Source: the human T2T-CHM13v2.0 reference genome, Homo sapiens
NCBI RefSeq assembly: GCF_009914755.1
Contig: NC_060930.1
Direction: 5' to 3' (one strand)
DNA length: 64,000 bases
The notes under the pieces were generated by a model. It saw nothing but the letters and a program-made list of their open reading frames with translations. It was not told where the DNA came from and did not search any database. Made by a program: the position numbers and the translations under genes. Shown in pieces: positions 14,229-28,326 of the stretch. Numbering within the stretch: the stretch's first letter is position 1; every line of letters begins with the position of its first letter.

Positions 14229-14260
14229 TGTAATAGCTGCCATAATCCACTAGATGTCAA
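14229..14260 (+). promoter_or_regulatory. Candidate CTCF site with upstream motif
   Basis: Core CCACTAGATGTCA at 14247 and TGTAATAGC starting 18 bp upstream. Confidence 0.6.
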
Positions 14261-15105
14261 TGCAACATAGCAACCTATTTTGGGCATTTAAGCCTCTATA
14301 TCCTAGGTTTAAAACCAGGAGAAAATTAGAAAATTTTATTGATCTGTTATTTATTTTTGTTAAAAGTACAGTACTCTCTTAAAAAAGATAATACGCAATC
14401 CTGTTCTACCTAAAAGAATATAAACAACTCCAATAGAATTAATATTTTCACAGGTATCATTTTTCCAGTGCTTAAGTTGAAAAATTCAGTTTTCAAATCA
14501 ACATGTATAGACTATTCCCTATAAGAGTAGTGGAATACAGAATTGAAAAAAATTTTTTAGTCATTGTATAACATTGTAAGATTTGGCATATTTAGGAGAA
14601 AAGAACGAAATTTGTTCAATATAATCCCAGATAATGGTGATCGTTGTCAAAATGGTATGATGTTTAGAGCTAAATTGTTTCTTTAGTGTGAAATTATTTA
14701 TTACATTATTAATTTAATAATCTTCTTGACAGATTTTTAAGTCCCTCATGAAAAATTCAGAATTATTCTGCAAAGAAAAATGACATTATTTCTCCTCCTT
14801 GAAAAAAAGAGATGAAATAAATTTTAATACAGAATGATGTTATGTTTACATCGTAACATTGGAAAAAGTGGTTTATTTTTTCATTAAAACTTTAAATGTA
14901 TCAGGGAGAGGAAATTGCTGGTGTTGCAAGGTTGTCAGTTTTTAAAAATTCTACCTTTTGCTTATGTTCCATTATAAATAATATGCTTAACATGTTTGGA
15001 TTTCAAGGGCATTTTTTCTCTCTCTCTCTCTCTTTTTCTCTCTCTCAGCCTATAATTTTTCCTATCCAGGGATTGTGAAACCTAGGAAATTCCCAACAGT
15101 AAAAG

Positions 15106-15259
15106 GAATAATGCGAGTCATTTCTCAGTTCCCTAAATCAGCAATGATCAGGGTTGCAATAGAAGGTGAGGCAAATAAATTGAGATAACTGTTGATAATT
15201 CAAATAAAAGATTCATCTTACATTAATTACCTGAACTATTTGAGTTTATGTTGTAATCT
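15106..15259 (+). repeat. Direct duplication, copy B (154 bp)
   Basis: Match to 13864-14017. Confidence 0.95.
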
Positions 15260-15658
15260 CAAATGTAAACTGCTGATAAGAAAGTTTTCAATGTCGAATT
15301 ATTTACTTTCATTAAAGTCAGAATAGTAATCTATACTCAGTAAGATTAGTTTCTATCTGCTTCAACAAATCGAAGTCTATATTTTTCATTTTTTCTTTGT
15401 CAACCTATGTCTAATTATGGTATTTCTTTAGAAGCAGAATTACTTAAGAACTATGAAATTTTTGAGATAATTGTCAATTTCCTTTCCTAAAATTAAGATC
15501 AATTTACAGTCTTACAAATAACAGATAAGTGCCTGTTTTAGTTGAGAATTAACAATTAAAGCATATTTTGCCAATTATACAGATTATAAATCATACCTTA
15601 TTGTGTTTTTATTGCATTTTTCTTTATTAGTGAGTTTGGTCATTTAAAAATATATTTA

Positions 15659-15988
<330 letters not shown>

Positions 15989-18900
15989 TTATTATAAATT
16001 AAGAATGAAACCTCTTGTCAAAATTATTTCTATCCAATTAAAGATTTACTTTTACATTTTATTATTTTGTGCTTTTTTAAATGTACAGAAGTTTTGATTG
16101 TATTACGTCATGTAATCTCTTTCATCGCCTTTATCTTAGAAATGTCTTACCTTCATATCAGTTAAAAATACACATCTGTTTCATGCAGTATTTTAGAATT
16201 TCATTGTTTATACTAAAGTCTTTAATAAATCCTTTAGTACAGTATAAGTTGAATGCTTATCTTAATTGTTCTTGAAATAGATAATTTTTTAAAGTTTTGT
16301 TGAATAAGTAAATCATCTTTTTTCATTTCTTTATGATTTGTTTTTACAATATACCAGTTTCTTATATTGTAGGATTTTTTAAAACTGTTTTGTTCCATCA
16401 ATCTATCTTTTAATTTTTTCATTAATACCGTACAATTTATATTGTAATAGTTAACATTTTTAAACACATCATTCCTTTCTTGGTTAGTTTCAAGTATTAC
16501 TGAGCTATTCTTCCTTGTTAATTCTTCCAGAATCATTTTGGGAAGTGTCTCTCATCTCAGATAAAATCTCATTGCCATGTTATTTTTATTTATTCTTCAT
16601 TAACACATGAGAGTTAATTTAGGAGGAATTACAGTCATGCATTGTTCTAGCCAGGAAATTTTAAACTTACCTTTTATTATTCCTCTCTAAAAGTGTATAG
16701 TTTTCTAGAAATAAGATCTGCTCCATATCTTATAGGGTTTTTCTAGGTAGTTTATGTCATCCCATGGCTACTGGATTTTGTATGTTTATTTTGTATCTAT
16801 TCACCCCAGTGAACTCTAAGGTTGTTAATTAATTTGGGGGGATGATCTTGGATATATAATACCATATGCAAATAATGAGAATTGCTGACATAAATTATTA
16901 AGGCCTGTTGAAGGTAGATTTTGATAATACACTCAAAACATAATTTAGATTTCTCACTAAAATGGAATACCCACTAGTTTTTTATTTATGAATTTACATT
17001 TTATTGTTAGATCTAAGAATTAATAAAGTGATTTTATTCTTATATAAAATACTTTTATTTTAATATCATTAAAGTAGAATAAGAAATCTGAAATTTTTAA
17101 ACAGTAAAATATACCTACATATGTTTTTGATGTCGTAGTACCCAAAGCACTAGAAATAAAATGTTATATCTAATAAAATAACATTGAAATTACACATAAA
17201 ATAAATCACATTTGTATTCTGCATTATCATGATCTTCCATAAATAAAATACAAATTAGTTCTGCATTTAGTTAAAAAAAAAAAAAAGAAAAGATCTTTGC
17301 TAACTAGATAATATTTTTAAGAAACAATTCTTCTTCATTTGAAATCTTTGGCAACATAGCCCAGATACTTTGCTTTGGCAGAAAGGTTCTTAATAGTGTT
17401 AACATGAACTTAACACTGCACCAGTACAGACATTACTATTACATTTTGAACTAAAACAATACAATTAAAAAACACTATCTGAAATAAAACAAATCACCTC
17501 TGCTTACAGTGTAGTTATGTTTACTTTAGAAGTGTGTGGGGAAAATGCCTGCTAATAAATTTACAATTGAAATGAAATATGTTTCTGACTTGTTATAAAT
17601 TTGCTTTAAAAATAGTAGTTTGATATATCTAATCATAGAACATTTACTAGCTATATTTCAATTTTTCTTTTAATATATTCATAATTAGAATTTGTAGTAT
17701 TATGCAAAATTGATATTTTCTGACAAAAATTATAAAATGCTGAGTTTTGCATTTAATTAATATTATCCTAAGGACAAATAATGAAATTCATTGACTGAGA
17801 ATAAATTTGCTAAGCTCTTAAAAAAAGAACAACATTCAGGGAGATTATTAAATAAATCCATGCAAAAGAATATACATTAGGAAATCAATCATTTTATATC
17901 ATTTCTTGAGGAACTACATGAGACAGAGATCTCCAATAACATAATAAAAATAATTTTTTCATAGATATATTTATGCTTGAATAAACTGAAATTGATTCAT
18001 GGATATAATTTAACAATTAAGATGTCTGTATCCTTCAACAATGTGAAAATGATAAAGCTTTATTCTTCTCATTGCTTCACCTTTAAACTTTATGTAGCAA
18101 AAATGTTTTTATGCACATTATCATCATATTTTTCATCTTAAAAAGTGTCAGTAAAATGCAGTGTTGTTTACTTAAAACATAATAGAAAATATTTTTATGT
18201 TGGTGTATTGTCTGGTGCAAAATATATTTTTTAATATTTCTGGTAAAGTATCTTAAGGGATTTCCAATCTTTTGATCATTGGGGTTTTGGTCACTAATAT
18301 CACTGCTAATTCACTAGGGCTAATACTTTTAAAAAACAAAACTGCATTTGTCATCCTATAAATAAAACAAAGCTATGAGCTTATTTGCATAAAGACACAG
18401 AGCCAATTAATTTGACTTCAGTTCGGAGATACTTCACAAAACTGTACATCTCATAGATAAAACCATACTGGTGTTATATTTTATACTAACTAGTTTTAGC
18501 AATCATTAACAACATATAGTAGGTAATTTTAAGTGATTTTCATTTTGGATAGCAACTACATGGTCATATATATTTTACATATAACATACCACATATAATA
18601 ATAATATATTGAGATATACTGTTAAAATTTATCTTAAAATATAAATATCTCAAAAAAGTCTGATTTTATTATGCAGAGAAAAAGTCAGAGTTCTTAGTTT
18701 AATTAAGGTACAGTCTATGGGGGGAAAAAAAAAACCAAAACTCCCATTACATTTAAATTTAATACAATCAGTTTAAACACATGTCACTATGTTTAAGATT
18801 TATTTTCAAGATGTTTTAATTACTGACAAAAGTTTTTGTAGTCAGTTATGTTCATGGAGTTGTAAAAGTAAATTATTTTTAAAACAACCTGCTCTTAATT

Positions 18901-19134
18901 TAATCTATGGCTCAAGAGTTTCAAAATATTTGAGTTTAAAAATAAATAAAAATTTCATTTTTGTATATTGAATTTAAAAGAATCTGACAAGGTTTTTTTG
19001 CTTGCTTTTTTGTTGTGTTTTCATTCATTTGTAAGCAGTTTTTATTCCATAGGGTTATTAGAAACATAGTGAACTTTACTTGCCATTCAATGTATAACAA
19101 CACATGACTTTTAATAAATTAAATGGAACACACT

Positions 19135-19250
19135 CAGTGCAGAGTAGTACTATAGAAAGAGCTCAGCCCTTCGAACAGAGATCTGAGTTCTGGATGGGCT
19201 GAGAGACTTTGGACCAGTCACTTAATCTGTCTGAGCCTCTGCTTCCATGT
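19135..19250 (+). mobile_element. MIR fragment
   Basis: GACTTTGGACCAGTCACTTAATCTGTCTGAGCCTCTG core. Confidence 0.7.
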
Positions 19251-20788
19251 GAATTACTGACCTTTTATTGTCCTTGAACAAAAACATAACATCAAGCTAA
19301 TACGATCATTTTGTCTTTTCTTGAGAATTTTGAAATAAATGGCCAATTCAAGAGCATGCCCTTAGCTAAGGGCCTGCACTTTTACCCTTGGGAGAGACTT
19401 GATGGATTTTTCAGTGGGAAGGCCTGCCATAAGCCCAGTTTATCAACCTCTTCACTAAAGGATTTTGGAGCCCTGGAATTGTCCATGGTTTGGAGGGTTT
19501 TTCAGATGCTTGAGAGTTACTTTGAAAGAGGTGGAAAAGGAAAGATTGACAGCGCTAGCTTAGTCTCAGAACTAATTTCCCTGGTTCGTGTCTACATGAA
19601 CAAGGACTGATTAAAAAGATTTTTAGAATCTTTGTGGGAAAAACAAGGCTAATTCCATCTGGAAGGTTGACCTGAGCCTGCTGGAATAAGTGGGTAGCAA
19701 GCTAAAAAAGCAAGGAATACAGGACTGAAATGTGTGTTTAGATGGAAAGATCTGTTTATATTTCAACTTTGTATCGTTTAATAACTTCCTGGTTGGGCTT
19801 GTTTTAGTATGCTGAAGAGCTAGGATTTGGATCCCTTAAATTAATTTTTCTATCTAAAGTCTTCCAAATCTAACAGCTTGTGAGTAGAATGTATAATGTT
19901 TCCTCATAAATCAGCCATGAATTTTAAACAAATTAACCCTTAAGCTTCCTCACATCCCCTGAAGTCCATTGTGTATACTAAAGAGTATTGTCCATCCCTA
20001 CTTCTGTGAAATGCACAATTCCCTCGGGAAAAAGTCTAAATTTGAACTCCTACAGAACTTTCATAGCACTGTCATTTTAATGAAGTGGTATCAACTCTTG
20101 GAAATTATTGTGCTAAATTATTTACTTCTCTCTTAAAAATGATTTTATCATATTAATTTAGAGAATGCCTGGTTTTAGCTATTTTCCCTGCTGCAATTTC
20201 CCTCTCAACTACAAATCGAGTCTCACATAGTGTTTGTTTTACAACGATCATGGTCTTCAGCCTTCCAGAACATGTTTTGGAGAATTGTAGTCCAATTATG
20301 CACTGAAAAAACAGCCCTAAATATTCTGTTAATGAACTGCATTCAGGCACTAAAAAGACATTTCATTGTGACAGGATTATAAAGATCCTGCCCTTAATTA
20401 TGAGTTGTAAAAGCCACTTTCAGGTAGAAATAAAGAGGGTAACAGTTGTTCAATTAGAGGTGAACATTCATCTAGGAGAGGAAAAAAGCCTTTCTGTGAT
20501 AAGACCCAGAAATCTTGTTTTTCTGCTAATGCGATTTCATACATTTTTGTTGCACGGTGGGCTGAGCAGCATTCCTGGTCTGTTGCCTCGGATGGGAATT
20601 GTTCAATGCCATGTCACACATAGCTGTGCCCCGAGTCATCATGCTGAGCGGTGAACCGATCCCATGGCCGTCATGACAGTTTCTGGAGAAAGCAGGCGCA
20701 TGCTGATTCATTCTCAGCCTCCTCTTCCCATCCCTGTCTCCAGCCTAGCATCCTTTTTACGTTTATTCATGAGCTTATCACTCGGGGC

Positions 20789-20813
20789 AAAAAAAAAAAA
20801 AAAAAAAAAAAAA
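20789..20813. repeat. A25 homopolymer
   Basis: Seen directly; no adjacent Alu or L1 body. Confidence 0.95.
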
Positions 20814-21766
20814 CTATTTGCATTATAACATTACATTTAAAAGCTATAAATTATGCAGAGCTATAAATACTGCCTTTTGGTAAACACCATAAAATCTGTG
20901 TGTGTTTGTGCACACGCAAGCGTGAAATGTCATTTGGATTTTCTCGCTACTCACTGCATCTTATAACTCTTCAATCTTCAGCATTCCAAAATCTAGCAGT
21001 TAAAACAGTGATAATTTAAATGGATAGGAAAGGATTTAGACCTGTTTTAAACAAACTGTGATTCTGTGTTAACTATGGCACTGGGCTCACTCCATTTGGA
21101 AACTGTCATCACTTCACAATAAAGGTGATGAAATATAACATATCTGGAAGTTGAAAAACTGAAGATGATTTTTGTTCTGTGCTGTTCAACAGAGGCATAC
21201 ACAACTGAACTGATACATATTTTTTTTTAATCAACCTTGCCCCTCTAGAATATTTGTAAAACACTTAATAGACAGACCAAACTTAAATTCTATTGGTCAA
21301 ATATTTTCGGAAACTGAAGAGGTGATAATTTGAGAAAAGCCTAAACCTTATCTCAGGTTGATTATACAGGGTTATGATTCCACATCTCCTTTCTCATTGT
21401 ATAAAAGAAATTCCTGTACATCAAGCCTGTGACTCTGACATGCACACAAACTTGAACTTGCAGAGAATCTTTGCATCCTGGGCATCCAGCAGCCTGGGCA
21501 CTGGAGGTGCTGCTGTTCAGGAGATGAGTGTTGTCTGTTAGCTCATTGTGTCTTTAGAGCAGCCGAGTCAGGGTTGAGGGTGGGGGTGGCTCAGGTCGCG
21601 GTTGGCACAAACTTCTTTCCCCCAGGTGCAGTACAGACTGTGTGCTAGCTTGATTTATTCATTCTGATTTATCATGAACCAAAATATGAACTACAACATT
21701 AGGAAGATTATATGCCAATGTTCTCTTTTAAAAAGAACATAATCATATCCTTTTTTGGGTGTTTAC

Positions 21767-22140
21767 TGTATTAGTCCGTTCTCACGCTGCTATAAAGAAC
21801 TGCCGGAGACTGGGTAATTTATAAAGGAAAGAGGTTTAATTGACTCACAGTTCCACATTGTGGGGAGGCCTCAGAAATCTTACAATCATGGTGGAAGGCA
21901 AAGGAGAAGCAGGCACCTTCTTCACAGGGCAGCAGGACAGAGTGAGTGCAAGGTGGGGAAATCCCAGATGCTTATAAAACCGTCAGATCTCATGAGAACT
22001 CACTATCACTAGAATAGCATGGGGGAAACTGCCCCCATGATTCAATTACCTCCACCTGGTCCCACCCTTGACATGTGGGGATTATAGGGATTACAGTTCA
22101 AGATGAGATTTTGGTGGGGACACAAGGCCTAACCATATCA
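21767..22140 (-). mobile_element. THE1D-like MaLR solo LTR
   Basis: TGTATTAGTCCGTTCTCACGCTGCTATAAAG...AACCATATCA. Confidence 0.9.
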
Positions 22141-22991
22141 CCTTATTTTCCTGAAAATCTTCCTTAAATCCAACTAGAATGCTTCCTATCTCATTTTAAG
22201 CCCATTTCTTCTTGCCTGTCCATAAGCAAAGATCAAGAACGAATCTTCATTGAATTAAAGGGAATCTCACTTTGTATTTAGAGGGGGACAGGGAGGTATG
22301 AGTCTCAGTCTATAACAATCATGCAGGAAGCTTATCTGTAAATACAACGGATTTCGTGGAAAATGCCCTGTTCCTTTGGGTAAGAGAAACTAAATTCAGT
22401 CAATTACAGGTATCTCCGACTTCCTTTAGTATTGTGCCACATTTTCTTTTTCTTGCATGCATAGAAAACCTTCCCCACCTCACACCATTCTGGGCAGCAG
22501 GAAATCCTTTCCACACCAGTATCATGCTGGGCCTGGGGGAAACGTGGCTGTTCAGGGCTGCTCTCTAGACACACCCAGCTGACCTTCTTTCTGCTCCTGC
22601 ATCTTTCTGGTTACAGGAATCCTAGGGCCTGAGGCTCCAGACCTGGGCTTCACTGAGGGAAGGCACAGGTCCTCCATGGTCTTGGGGTTTCCAAATCTCC
22701 CCAAGGGTGGAATGGTTAAGCCTACCCCCATCTCAGATCACTCATGCTCCCTGGTGTTCCTCTCCTTCTCTAGACCCAGGGGTCTTCCCAGAGTCTGTTC
22801 AGGACCTGAGAATTTGAACCTCAAAAGCCAGAGGATATGTAATCCCTTCCATAAGGTAATAAGAAAGGAAGGCACTTTTAAGCTAACTCAATGAAGAATT
22901 GGGAGTAAAAGAAATGTAGGGATACACAATTATTATTGTGCCACTTTTTGGCAGATGAAACAAACCAGTTCCCTTTGTCTTTTCTCTCTAA

Positions 22992-23323
<332 letters not shown>

Positions 23324-24839
23324 TTGATTGTTCTTGATGCCTTCACTACCGAGTTCAGGATGAAGCAGGGATGCTGTGGAGGGGATGTGCACTTACCATG
23401 AAGGAGGAACGGATGTGGAGAATGCAGAGAGGACATAGCGAGAACTGAGGCCATGGGCAGTGTGCCCGAGGCAGAGTGTGTGAATGAGGGACAGGCAGAG
23501 TGTGTGAGTGAGGGACAGGGATGGCCGGAGGAGGCAGAGTCTTTGAGTGGGCCTGAAGCTGGCACCCGAGAGCCTTCTATGCTGCAGTGAGGAGTTTCAG
23601 ACTTGTCCTGGAGGGGACAGGGCCAGTGAGAGTTTCAGCAGAGGGAACAGGATGAGATTTGTTGGGGGCATCCTAGTTTGTTCACTGTGCAGGATGGGGA
23701 GCTTGGGGGCAAAATGGGAGGCAGCTAAGAGTCCTTCTTGGTCCATTCATTGATCTAAGCTTGTGGCTGTTGGAATGGAGGTGAAGGGACAGATCTGAGG
23801 GATGAGGTAAAGGAGGAAATGCAGTGAATGAAGTAGAGAAGGAGGGAAGGATGCCTCTCTCTGGAACTTTTCTGGTTCCTGGTTTCCAGGGGCTTGAGGT
23901 ATTAGGCCTGGTTCTCAGGCAAACAACTGGAGCTCCTGGAGACACAAAAGGCAGCACCCAGGTCCATGAAATCATAAGCGAGGGACGTCAGCAGAGATTT
24001 TCCTTCCCGCTTTCCCCATTGCTTGTCCACTTTGCTCTTCCTCCATTGGGAGTTGTATCCTGTTATCCCAGGGGAGAAGTGATGCAGCTGAAATAATACC
24101 TGTGATTTCTGAAAGCTCTTGCCTTTCAAAAGTTTCAACCTAGACTGTCCCAGGACATAATGTTTATTTATAAAGATTAGATTTAGACCAATATGTGATG
24201 ACCAAAGCAGGTTTCTGGCACAGGCGTGGCACAGGTGTAGTTAGGAATACTTGGGCTCGAAGAGAGAGTTGGAAAGGGTACTAATGGGTTTTGGGAGTTG
24301 TGTTCTCAGAAGCAGCTGTGCTCTCTGACTGCCCAGATACCTCCCCTTCTGGCCCCAGGCTGAGGCCTCAAGATGGGTCCCTGGAGAGACAGGGGCAATC
24401 CAGGAGCAGGGGGCCCTTGAGGCTTGCGTTCAAGGTGAAGCCCAGACAGGGGGCAAGCCATGCAGATTTTCCCTCTATTTAGCATGGAGAGGGGTGGGGC
24501 AGCGAGAGATGGCTGCATGGGCCTCTAGACAGGCAGGATAGCATCATGGAATTTCTCTACACCCTGCCTGGGATAGGGAGAGACCACATATGCCCAGAGC
24601 TCCCTGAGTGGGTGCTCTCTCTACATACTCTTCTCTCATGGAAAGTTGAGGCGGGTGGGTAGGGGACAGGGAGGCTGGAATAAGGGAGGTTACATGGAAT
24701 TGACATAGATTGAATTTAACTTTAGTTATAGAGGGCAGGGAAAAATCACATTTCCTGAACACTTGAATTTGTGTTACCCAGGGACTAGGAACCCAGCGTA
24801 GTGTTCATCAGAAATGACAAGAAACACAGTAACTGGGTC

Positions 24840-25415
24840 AGTGAGAGGGAGCAACCAGATTAACAGGAAGGCAGATGGTGGAGACAAGCGAGATTCCGAA
24901 GGTGCTGCAATGACTTCCCCAGCGTGTGCAGAGCACTGAGGCCATTCAGACAGCTCCCACTTCTGCTTTGAGCAACAGTTCTTTTCTCACCAACGTAGAA
25001 AAGAACAGGAGGCAGAGCCGATGTGCAGATGAGAAGACGAGTCAATTTTGAACATGTTGAATGATGACAAGTGAATTTGGAACGTGTTGAATTTAAAGAG
25101 TCCAGGTGGGGCTGGCTTGCAGTGTTCACAGGTTGGAAACTGAGTAGGGAGGTGCATGCATGGAGTCCAGTGTTGAGTTATTAACATAGAAGCCAGGCTG
25201 TTGCACCAGATGATCTGGGGAGAGTGCAGAGGTGACTGGGGATGTCTTCCAGGATGTCTCCAAGGATGGGACCAGAGGCCACCAGAGGATTTACTGGAAG
25301 ACGAGGAGCCTGCAAAAGTGGCTGAAAAACAGTGGACAGAGGAGTAGATGGAAAATAAGGAGATGTTTGGTTTCTGAAAGCAAAGGGAGAAAAAGGATTT
25401 TGATAAAATGGAGAG
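24840..25415 (-). mobile_element. L2 fragments
   Basis: TTTTGAACATGTTGAAT, GAGGAGCCTGCAAAAG L2-like segments. Confidence 0.55.
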
Positions 25416-25416
25416 T

Positions 25417-25578
25417 GCTGGGTGTGTTGCCATGCTCCTGTAGCTCAGCTACGTGGAGGCTGAGGCAGGAGGATTGCTTGAGCCCAGGAGTTCAAATTCA
25501 GCCTGGGAAACATAGTGAGACCCCCATCTCTAAAAAAATACTCTCTCTCTCTCTCTCTCTCGAATATATATATATATA
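25417..25578 (+). mobile_element. FLAM monomer followed by (CT)n(AT)n
   Basis: Single Alu monomer GGAGGATTGCTTGAGCCCAGGAGTTC. Confidence 0.85.
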
Positions 25579-25609
25579 TTTGAGAAGTGGTTAACACTGT
25601 TAAATGTGG

Positions 25610-26500
25610 CCACTTTCACTGCTTCTACCATCATCCCTCTGACCTGTGCCACCATCTTCTCTGGTGTCACTTAACGTCATCACAGAACTCACACTTGTCC
25701 CCTATGGTATATTTTTCCTACATCAGCCAGAGTGAAAAATGCAAAACTGATGATGTCACTTCTCTGGAAATAAACCAAAGCCCACCTAATGGCACACATA
25801 GTTTTATATGACCTGCCCCTCCCCACCCTGTCCCCTCTCTGCCCTCATCTCTCTCCTCTCCTCAGATTCACTCTGCTGTAGTTGCATTGGCTTCCTTCTG
25901 TGGCATGAGTGTGCCAGGCCTGTTCCTGCCTCAGGGCCTTTGCACTTGCTCTTCCTCTGCTTGGAACTCTCTGTCCCCATATATCACTATGACTTGTACC
26001 CTCATCTCCTTCAAGATTTTGCACACATGTCACTGTCCCTGAACATCTATTTAGAATTGAAGCCCCTGGCTGGGAACGGTGGCTTATGCCTGTAATCCCA
26101 GTACTTTGGGAAGCCAAGGCCGGTGGATCACCTGAGATGATCAGGAGGTCAGGAGGTCGAGACCAGCCTGGCCAACATGGTGAGACCCCCATCTCTACTA
26201 AAAATACAAAAAATTAGCTGGGTGTGGTGGCGCATGCCTGTAATCCCAGCTACTCAGGAGGCTGAGGCAGGAGAATCACTTGAACTTGTGAGGTGGAGAT
26301 TGCAGTGAGTCGAGATCATGCCACTGCACTCCAGACTGGGCAACAAGAGCGAAACTCCATCTCAAAAAAAAAAAAAAAAAAGAGAGAATTAGAGCCCTCT
26401 ACCCTCACCTCCACTCCATCATTCTTTAACCTCATTTTATGGCTTATGTTTCTTCTTGGCACATAACAAGGACTGAAGGAGTATTTGTTGAATAGATACA
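25610..26500 (+). mobile_element. L2a 3' region interrupted by Alu
   Basis: CCTGCCTCAGGGCCTTTGCACTTGCT and TATTTGTTGAAT end. Confidence 0.8.
26067..26381 (+). mobile_element. AluS with small internal duplication
   Basis: Full Alu; GATCAGGAGGTCAGGAGGTC; TSD AGAATTGAAGCCC/AGAATTAGAGCCC. Confidence 0.95.
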
Positions 26501-27827
26501 ATGCTGCCTTGTGGTCAGCAGGGTAAACATATCAAAGTATCTGTTGTATTTAGTCACAGGAAATCAAGAGATATTCTGGTGAGAGCAGTTTCAGAGGACT
26601 TGATTGGCAAGGGAGAGTTTTCAAAGTGTTGGAGTGGAAATAGATGTTGAGAAAAGAGAAACACTGAGTTTTGACTACTGTTTGTCACAGTTTGACTGTG
26701 ACAGGAAGGAGAGAGTCATAGTCATCATTAAAGAAGCATTTCTTAAAATATCCGAAGAGACTCACACAATCTCGTAGATAGACTGAGGGACAAGAGCTTA
26801 TGCTGGGTGGGTGTGGGAGGAGACAGGGAGGAAGGTAAATAGGGAGGCAGGGAGGCAGGTCTCTAAGGGGACCTGGATTTAGAGCGCTGGGAGAGAGTTG
26901 GCCTTATTCAGCTCTTCTCCCAAGGCTGGGAAAGGAGGGAAGATGGAAATGGAGATGTGCCGAAAAGCTTTGGGGGGAAAGACTGTGACGTTCTGGCTAG
27001 ATGTGTTTTTATTTTTTTCTGTGTAGTAGTTGCAGGAACAGGACGCAGAAAGATTTTTGGAAGAACTGAAAGCCACACCTGGATCTCCTAGTGCCCTAGG
27101 GATGACATTTCCCCCAGCTGCACATGCAGCCTGGGAATGGGAGCTGAGAAGTCAGATCTGAACTTGATTCAGAGTGGAAGCTTTGTTGGGCAGTTTCGAT
27201 GGACAAAAATAGCAATGGGAAAGGGAAACCGAGGCTTTTGACAAGCTTACGATTTTCTAGCTCAGCTGAAAATAGGCATACATTTCTGTTCTTTCCAAGT
27301 AAGCAGAACTTGTGGATGATCTACCACATAGTCCTGACTCTGGAAGAAGCCAGCAGTGATCTTTGGATCCTTTTCTCTTGTTTTCAAGAGGAACATCCTT
27401 TCTATGCTACATGTAATAATGGAAAAACCTAAAATGAGCAATATAAGTAAATATCTTTTTCATCATCAGTTGGAGAGAGAACATTAATTCAACCTTGATA
27501 GACTGTGTGTTAGAATTGTGCTTTAACTTCTTCTCATCCTTCAATATGGGTGTTAGCTGCAAGTAGTGACATGAAGAATGACAGTGGCACAGTATGAGGC
27601 CACAGGGGCACCTGCTGACTATGACAAGGTGATGGAAGGAAAGAGACTGACCATGTAAACAAATGCCAGGGGAGGCAGGGTGATGAGCTTCAGCAAGAAG
27701 GAATTTTGTGCCAAAAACAGTAATGTGCTCTGGCTTACAGCAGCTAATCCTGAATTAGAAGACAAGCTAAACATGACTAAGAATGCAAGAGATAGATTAC
27801 GCTTTTAATTTTAAAAATTTGCCATAA

Positions 27828-28123
27828 GCTGGGTGTGATGGCTCATGCTAGTGATCCCAGTGACTTGGGAGGCTGAAGCAGGAGGACTGCTTGAGGCTGG
27901 GAGTTTGAGACCACCCTGGGCAACATAGCAAGGCCCCATCTGTAAAAAATAAAAAAAATTTCTGGGTGTGGTGGCACATGCCTGTAAGCCTTAGCTACCC
28001 CAGAGGCTGAGGTGGGAGGATTGCTTGAGCCCAGGAGTTCAAGGCAGCAGTGAGCCATGATCACGCCACTGTACTCCAACCTGGGTAACAGAGCGAGACC
28101 CCAACTCTAAAAAAAAAAAGAAA
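27828..28123 (+). mobile_element. AluJ
   Basis: Dimeric Alu with J diagnostics. Confidence 0.9.
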
Positions 28124-28262
28124 GCCACACAAAAAATTTGCTATACCCCTCAGTTGTGTCATAATATACTTTTCCATCTGCACTGGTGTTCTATAATCTA
28201 AACTAGTAGAAAACTCACTGATAACTTTCTATGTAGGATCAGATTCTGGGTACTTATCTTTT

Positions 28263-28312
<50 letters not shown>

Positions 28313-28326
28313 ATCTATCTATCTAT
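28263..28326. repeat. (TCTA)n tetranucleotide STR with one TCA interruption
   Basis: Seen directly. Confidence 0.97.

Noticed and set aside
23469-23520. 24-bp tandem duplication GGCAGAGTGTGTGARTGAGGGACA
   Set aside because: Ordinary slippage duplication in old repeat-derived DNA.
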